Part shown: positions 55,986-64,000 of the stretch, one piece after another
Layout of the letters: every line of letters begins with the position of its first letter
Position numbering within the stretch: position 1 is the first letter of the stretch
NCBI GenBank assembly: GCA_040954595.2
Contig: CM082577.2
Location: forward strand, 992,001 to 1,056,000
Reading direction: 5' to 3'
DNA: 64,000 nucleotides
DNA from: Balanoglossus misakiensis
Lineage: Eukaryota; Animalia; Hemichordata
The notes under the pieces: model-generated
The model's database searches: none
Told to the model about the DNA's origin: nothing
The model's input: the letters and a program-made list of their open reading frames with translations, nothing else
Made by a program: the position numbers and the translations under genes

Positions 55986-56741
55986 GACTCGCGATGCTTG
56001 AAGCTGTTCCCAGGTCACGCCCTCATGAATATTGCCATTAATTATGTAAATTTACCCACTTTGCAAAGGGTCGTGGGTTAGCTCAGCGCCCTCTGTTGTC
56101 TAGTCTGGAATCCCGACTTGGGTCTTGACTTGGGTACGTGTCAGACGGTCAACACAGAAAAATAAACAAGCACAGAGACTGTTCAGAAAGTAATTTGCAT
56201 TGGGGAAATATACAGATCGGAATTAACTCCGCCATTTATTTCTTATAGTAACAATTACTGTGCCACAGTGTGAAATGAAAGCATATACATACACCTAGTG
56301 CACTGACTGTCCTTGTGCTAAATTAGCTTTGAATCAGTTCAGGTCCAACCTAGACTCCACTTTAGCACATCATTGCACTAAAAGACAACTTGAAGAGTTG
56401 AGCATATATATCTCAAAAGGGTAAACTTTTCTCACAGTCCCACTTGCTGGGCTAGTTAAATGTCCATCTCCTGTGATTATGTGGGTGTCGTCACTGACCA
56501 CTTCAGATTTTACAATGTAATGCTATGTTGGCTGTGTAAGCCTAACTAACTGGCCTGGCAGACCTATGAGGGTGAATACCTGTATGACATGTTATCAGAG
56601 CTATGTACAGTAGCAGTCTCAGTCAGCTATGAGTGGTCTGCCTCCAGTATTATAATCTATTGCTATCAAATATCTCTATGTTGTAAATATTGCACTTCAG
56701 TCTATTTTATCCATCATTAAGGTCACTCCTTAGTTCCTAGC

Positions 56742-58086
56742 CTATCCTAGGAAATTGATGTTTTTCTGTAACAAAACAAGACAGAGAGAAAAAGGTGAAT
56801 TCTTCCAGGACACTAATCACCAATAATATATGTGTGCAAAGACATACATGTACATGCGATAGCCATCAAGTGATAATATTTAGGGAACAATAACATTGGT
56901 CATACCAAGCACTATATGCTTACCTTTCGCCTGATGTAGCACAAGAAATTGGCCCACATGTAAACAACAATACCGAGATATACTACTCTGTACTGAAGCG
57001 GTACAAACATGAAGTTTATAAACTGTAAAAAAATTGACACACGATTAATAATGATCAATAAATTAGATATAATGTGATCAAGACAAAGAGAGAAAATTGA
57101 CAGAAAATCTGAAGAAAAAAACAATCTTTCGCCCAAGGTCAATACAGCACAATAAGTTAAGGCAACAAATCTAAAAATTTATTTTTTTTACAAAAATAAT
57201 GACATTATAAACTAAAACAAGCTGTCACACCAAGAATAGTAATATCAACACTACTTACTTGGGCTTGTGGCCAAAACACCAAACCTGCAAACCAGGTTGG
57301 CAATGTTTTGACCTTAGCTTCAGCAAAAATATCTGGCTTTCCTTCCACAAAGTCCATTGCTGGTAAAAAATGCACATTATGCATTTTTTTAAAGTCTTAT
57401 TATGTACAATGTACCATGTTCTGTTATGTACCTCACAGCCTACAATACTATTGGTAAAGTGTAATTATTGCGACAAAATTATTATACATGTACTGATAAT
57501 ATAATCGTTGAACATTTGCAAGGAATATTTAATGCTATGCACTGATTTTGCTATTAAACAGTGACCTGTCACCTATGACTATGTGACCATACATAGGGAA
57601 GTGGCCATTCGGTACCCAAGGTCACAGTGACCGTGCTAGGGTCTTAGAGGAGGCGGGCAGGCGCGATCCTGATCTGCAAGGTCAACTGGGGTCACGACAC
57701 TGACACAGGTCAGCGCGTCTCTATACTCTAACCATGGACGTAAATGCTCTAACCAACGCTCCGTACTCAAACTCACCGACAAAGAATGCTGCTGCAAGTA
57801 GAGGTGTTGCGATAAGTTGGTCTGCCACCAATTTCTTGAAAACCATTCCCTTTGTAAACCCAGGGAATATCAATTCCAGGCCGCGGAACCACGTGTAGTT
57901 GAACGGTCCACTGCAGCAAAGCCCAAACAGTCCATAGCGAGCTATTTTGGCGAAGTCGTACTTCTCAACACCAATGATTGTCTCTTGGGTGAACTCGGAG
58001 GCTGAAAATACCCCACCTATAAAAAACGCATTCCGAACAAGTCCGTGTTTTCCTACATATCTAATCACAGCTACCGCTTTTGACAT
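56742..58086 (-). CDS. MPV17L: Mpv17/PMP22 family protein, MPV17L-like paralogue B
   Basis: Exons 58086-57777 (FNYTWFRGLELIFPG...KKLVADQLIATP), 57359-57259 (MDFVEGKPDIF...FWPQAQ), 57022-56924 (FINFMFVPLQYRVVY...WANFLCY) and a probable last exon 56765-56742 (KNINFLG*). Confidence 0.87.
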
Positions 58087-59742
58087 TTTGTCTGCAAGCT
58101 CTTCTTCGGACAAATTTATTAGCCGACATCTCACGTCGGTTGGTGGCGCACTACACATCGCACGCAATCATGGTAGCCATGGTAGCAACTATCATCATCG
58201 AAGGCGTAAAGTTTCAAATGGGATACGTTGGCCAACAACAATAAAAAGTGCATGGAATGTTGCCTTAGTTGCAATAATTGTAGCGTTGGGACGCTGTTTT
58301 CGCGACTAGGATCGCGGACATGGTTACAAAAAGCGAAAACAGCGACCCACCATTAAATGTTGACTCGATTTCAACATACGATCTATAACGCCTGATCTAA
58401 ACCACTGTCTGTGTCTAAACGTACAGTATTTTAGTCCATTCACATTTTAAAACAGGAAAAGTATCTTGGCTTTTCTTTCTAACAATACTAGTATTATCTT
58501 TGGACGCGTCACAACAGTGGTATATTTGGCCTTTCTTGTGTGAATTAAGCAGAAGTAAATCTAGATCTCGTGACAAATAAGATAAATCTTGAACGTGTCT
58601 AACGGCCATTGTTATTGTTGACAAATATATTCTAGTCCGGCCTTGAATTATGTCTAATAACAATGCTGACAAGGCCGCAGTGTTGATACTAAGCGAAATA
58701 CCAAAGTCTTACATAATCCAGTCACAGAGAAAGTATACTGTCTGTGATCCAGTGTATTACCGTCTGATCACAGGGCTTCGCTTCACAACAAATTGATTAT
58801 TGACTCATTGAAAGGATCTCTCACTGAATGCTGCTTAGGGGTCGTGGATAATTCAAACACCAGCGTTATAAACGACTGGGATTGCCGTTTGGTTTTATAA
58901 ACATATTTGTTTAATTGAATACTAAAAACATAGATAAACACAGATTGAGAACAGCATTTTGTCGTCGTGGCGGTCTTTATGTGGTTTTCCCTTATTATCA
59001 TTGGGGTGAAAGTGAAAAGTCAAACGCAGCCAGTTTCATTATCAAGCGTGTGTTACAATTATCTACGGTCCCTAATCAACGCAGTTAAAGTCACGTTGTA
59101 CAACACACGACTCGATCTCTGCGGTCAACGACCTCGCTTTGATGGTCACCGAGTATGGGTAACAGAGCTCCCTGGTATCAGACAGCAATGTACTTCTTTG
59201 AATTACGAATAAAAATGCACGTTGCGTCTAGCATCATATATATTTCTCACCAGGGTAGCATGCACAGAACAGTCAAATTCAGATTATGTTTGCATAAATT
59301 TTACATCTTTAATTATATTTTGTGGTATTGTCCGTGGATCTCACATGCATCTCCACGTTTTGAGATCATTCCATTATTTCATGCAAGGTGTTTCAACTTG
59401 ACTAAAATGCGCCGACTGCATCTGAAGGCTACAGATAATTTTGCGCCTAGTTAGATACGAAGTCATCCACGGCCCCTTCTCATTCTGTGGTATTTTAAAA
59501 GAAAGGACGAATGTTTCTAACAATACCTATAATTTGAAATAAGATAGACCACTAAAAAAGTGGTCTGTTCCAAAATGGATAGGCAACTCAACTGATTGTC
59601 CAGGGGTGTATGAGACACACAGCTAGCGAGACAGCGGTTCTTCATAAACACATTCTAAATGCAGCAGCGACATGGCTGCGTCGAAACTCTCCAGTCGAAG
59701 ATATTGTAGGAATCACAGGAGCACATAAAAAGTAAGAGAGAT

Positions 59743-59875
59743 GGGGAGGGGGAGGGGGAGAGCGAGAGAGGGGGAGGGAGGGAGGGAGAGCGCGCGCGAG
59801 AGAGTGTGTCTGTATGTGTGCGTGCGTTTGTGTGTGCATGTGTGTGGTGGTGTGTGTGTGGGTGTGGGTGTGTGT
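59743..59875. repeat. GA/GGGA and GT microsatellite complex downstream of fascin
   Basis: Directly visible low-complexity repeats. Confidence 0.85.
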
Positions 59876-60459
59876 AAGGCTAATTGCTAAACCCGCTGTC
59901 GATATTATATCGGTTAAAGTTTTAACATGATCCATGGAGGTACTAGTACCTCCATGACATGATGCAATGGCAAACGATGGACTCAATGTAAACACACATT
60001 ACGTCTGCAGTTTCTATCACGTTGTTTGTACACTTTGTCACCTGGCACATCTGCGCAGGCCACGTTTTTTTCCTTTTCTTGATTGGATGGTGCGACTCGG
60101 CCGAATTCTCAACCATACTGATAAGGAACAGGCAAATTTGTCAATGTTTTTTTCTGTTTGCTAGAATGTGCTTTGAATAGACTGTAGCCGTTGGCCTTTA
60201 ACAAAATATTGACAAAAGTGAGTGACTATGCCCTTCGAATGGATTGACTTGACCTTTGGTTTTGTTGAATAAGAACTTACAATCTTCACGACACGAAAAC
60301 TACCGAGAAAATGTGTATTTTTATCTCTCAGTGTGGTTTATTTTGAACTCAGCAGAGATATGGAACCTACTATGATATTTCTATTTTGAGAATGATATCA
60401 AGCAGCAAGGTCGTTCGTTGACCTCGGCATGTTCTGGTTCCGACTGGTTTTCTTTACTT

Positions 60460-62893
60460 TTAGTACTCCCATAGTGTGTTTGGTTCGATTTTCACTCCGT
60501 TGGCACGAAAGATTCCGCTCTGTTCTCCCTTCACCAAGTTATTGTTTGGGGCCCGGAGGCAGATTTTGCCTTCCCGTTGAAATTCAAACGTGAATTCCGC
60601 GGCAGCTTCGTCTGGACCTTCAGTCGAAATTTGAAGGTCGCCCTCTGCGTTGATCACCCAAAACTTATTGTCATCTCCTGTAAGGTACAGAATTTTACTA
60701 TATGATTATTTAAAAAAAATATCTCATGTGGCATGCTTGAATGTAGCCAAACAAATGTTCAACATAGGATCAATTTTGCAGTTGAATAATCACTGTTTCA
60801 TCATGGCTTGCATTAGAGTCGAACAAGAAACGGCAGTTTAAAGCACAATATTGCAAATTTGCTTTCCAATCCATTTCCCAAATCATTGCCATTGAGAACA
60901 ACGGAGAGTTGGACCAAACCACTCTGGTGATGGGGTTGATACCTTTGATCTTGACCTCATAAGCACCGTCCTTGTACTTGATGAAGATGGGGCTGTATTT
61001 GGCGCAGTTACATTCCAATTTGTTGGTTCCCTTGACGCCGACGTAGCCATGCTCCCCTCGCAACACAAACATTGGGCGGTTGATCAACATCAGCTTGAAT
61101 CGCTCCTTTTCGGTGATGGTGTCTGATATGGCGTAGAGGTGGCCCTGTGGTTTAGCCATGACGTATTTTCCATTACTGGCTTTGATTGCCACATCCTTCT
61201 CGTCGTATTCAAGTATAAATAAAGCTTCTGGAATATCTCTGATGATGAATTAAAAGTGACAATAGATGTAATCTTTTTGCTATTTTGCTGTGCATAAACT
61301 AGGGCCTACAAACTTCCAATAGAAGCAGCCCAATTGCGATAAAAAAAGTCACTAGACCACGGCAGATCGTATCACTGTTAACAACTTTAAAATTTTCCCC
61401 AAGTCCAAGCTGTCACAAAGGAATGCAAATAAGCTTAGAAATGTCGGTATTTTATAAGTTTGGGCGTCCGGACGTAGATCTAGCGAGACTTGTTTAATTA
61501 CCATAGTAACGGGTTGCTAGCCAAGTAATACAAGTCAAGCTTTGTATGAAACTAGAATAGGTTCAGAAATTAACAAAAACGTAACTTTTGTGTCGTTTAA
61601 GTGATTTTTTTTATCAATTTTTCCCACAACCATTTGACAACTTACGGTTTGGTTTTCTTGACCTGTAGACCGCAGGAGGGCGTCACAGTCCAGTAAGTGT
61701 CCAAAGAAGCACGTAGGGCACACTTTCCATCGCCGACACATTCGATTTGAAAAGTTTCCAATTCCCCATAACCGCTGCCTTTTGGTTGGTTAGCTGATAA
61801 GTCTTGGCCTAAAAGTGATACAGGTTTAGTGTGCGTTACAAAGGCATCCTTCTGAGGCTGTAGATGTTGATCACACTAATACTGTTATTTAAATAATTCT
61901 TGGAATATTAATTGCATTATGATAAAACGTGCACTTTAGACTCAGGCTTACTTTGATAGAAATTCAAGGGAAACGCCCCAACCCCAGCACATTTTTATGA
62001 TCAAATGATAACTTTTTACAATGGTGACGGTGACAGAAGGATGATTATACCAACAGAGAACCGTAGGCAAAGAATGATCCTCTGTTTTTACTCGTACCTT
62101 GTTTGAGAGAGACATATTTCCCGCTTGGAGCGAGGAAGACTCCTTGAGGGTGACTGGGATGCAGGGTGAAGACTTCATCCTTCCCGACCGTCTTGCTCTT
62201 GCTCTTCAAGAATGCTTTAGGACCAGTCACCGGAGCAAGGAAACGCCCCTCGCAGTCCTTGAAAGCTACTTTTCCGCTGTGCACCTCGAGAATGAACTCG
62301 GTATCGGCGCTTGGCCCGTCTACAAGATTTCCAGCGCGATGCAAGTATTTGTTGTTACAAGCCTGGAACGAGTACTTCCCGTCGTTGAAATTGAATGTGA
62401 TGATGGCCTCTTTACCCCACGGCATTTCCTCAATCACGATCAAGCCATCATCCAATAGTTTGGCATACCGATTCCGATAGTTACGGATGTGGATTTGAGG
62501 ATGAAGTCCAACGTGGACCGTCCACAACTCGTTGTCAGTGATGGTCTTGCTGAAACAACTGATGTTATCGTCTACGCCACCGAAGTAGTAACCGTGCGCA
62601 CTTTTGAAAGCCCAGCGACCATCCTTCTTCACTTCGACCGTGAATTTTTCATCCGATCCATGTTGCTCGGCTTCACAGCTGACGTTTCCTCGCTTGTCTG
62701 CAGACATGTACTTGCCGAGGTGGCTGCGCAAATACGTTCCGCCTCCGTCTGGTTGCTCGATGGTCCATTTCTGTTTGGCTTTCAACGCTTTGCCCTGAGC
62801 GTTGACTTTCAAACCAAAATTTTCTTGTGTTAGGTACTTTTTAGCGCTGTTGATGAAACCAAATGTGAGGGGTTTTTCAGCGTCGCTCGCCAT
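60460..62893 (-). CDS. FSCN: Fascin (singed-like) actin-bundling protein with four beta-trefoil domains
   Basis: Exons 62893-62098 (FGFINSAKKYLTQENFGLKVNA, YLRSHLGKYM), 61808-61646, 61238-60943 (LINRPMFVLRGEHGYVG) and 60677-60460 (ends LWEY*). Phases are consistent. Confidence 0.95.
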
Positions 62894-62993
62894 CGTTCAA
62901 GCGATACCTATGTGCTGGACAAATCCTAAAAACTCACGTTTGTTCCTTGAGTAGAACAAAGCGTCGATTGTTGACGTCCTTAGCGCGTCTGTG

Positions 62994-63234
62994 ATTGGTC
63001 AAAAGTTTAAGCATGAAAGTTGCGCGATGTGTTGTCGTCAAATGACGTCAGATAGCAACGCTGGCAGTCTCGATTAATACTAGTATTCTTTGAATGTAGA
63101 CCTCTTTGACTGTAAATGAAATTTATATCTAGCCAGGCCTACAAATTGCGGGGTTTTTTTCGGTGCAAATTTAAATTACACAATGCTGCAGAGAGATGCG
63201 CGATTGAAATTCGGTGTCCACTCTGATGACGTCA
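62994..63234 (-). promoter_or_regulatory. Fascin proximal promoter with a CCAAT box and two full CRE sites
   Basis: ATTGG lies near 62994, and TGACGTCA at 63043-63050 and 63227-63234, all within 350 bp upstream of the ATG. Confidence 0.55.
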
Positions 63235-64000
63235 TAATTCGAACTTATCTTGGCAACAGGTTTGCTTTCATCTCTCAAGCACGCGTGCACGGGAGCATGC
63301 ACTAGAAAACGGATGACGCTTTGGCAATATGATTGTGATTTCAGTAAAATCAACCTCTGTAAACAAAAGTTAACACATCATAAAGTTGATAAAAATCTGT
63401 CTTTTGACCCACAACACATTTCTTGTAAATTTTTACCAGGGTCAATGGGTGACCATGTTTTAACACACCGGGGGGTGGGGGGCGGGGGCGTGGTGTAGGC
63501 CTAAACTTTACAGAGTCACATGGTTGCTACTATGTTTATGTGTACACACAGCTTTTGACAAGGTAAACACAAGCTGGGGCAGTGAGATTACTGTCATTTC
63601 AGTGAAAGAAGTATTATGAAGCAATATTCTTTTAGTATATAACAATAGTCTAAAACACTTTCATTAACAGATGATCGAACTTGTGTTATTTATAACATAA
63701 CAATAATAATGTTTTTATTCCGTTCTCGGTTTCAGCATAAATGGTTTCAGCAAACTGGGGTCAAAGGTCGGACTGTTTTTGGCTTATGTAATCATTTGAG
63801 ACAAAGGAGAGGTCAGCTGTTCCGACAAACCTCATACCATCATGGACGCACAAGTAAACATGGCCAGAGATGAACAGCTAGCATACATGGGTAGACAGCT
63901 TTTGGCTACTTGATGGCGAGCTTGAGCACATCGATCCCTCGGTAAATTTTCGTGTGGGGACTGAAGATTTAATGATGGCTGCGTTAACGATGAGCGTGTT

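Noticed and set aside
62099-62833. Plus-strand ORFs over the fascin first exon
   Set aside because: They are antisense shadows of a GC-richer coding exon.

Overview
This is AT-rich, intron-rich animal genomic DNA, probably from an invertebrate deuterostome such as a hemichordate (inferred from gene structure only). It is not prokaryotic, so most six-frame ORFs are noise. Manual splicing reconstructs eight protein-coding genes: PITPNC1/rdgB-beta (minus, 18.5 kb first intron, 8-nt micro-exon), ATG12 (plus), CFAP52/WDR16 (minus), PDXDC1 (minus), MFSD6L (plus, intronless CDS), two tandem MPV17L paralogues (minus) and a fascin (minus). The most notable points are a fascin with Ala at the PKC site equivalent to human Ser39, one MPV17L copy that has lost conserved channel residues, and candidate unannotated alternative exons in PITPNC1 and PDXDC1. 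Also present are apparent ancient gene linkage, RFX X-boxes, CTCF-like motifs at gene borders, and very short palindromic insertions with target-site duplications. I found no convincing entirely new biological system; the findings are hypotheses to test.
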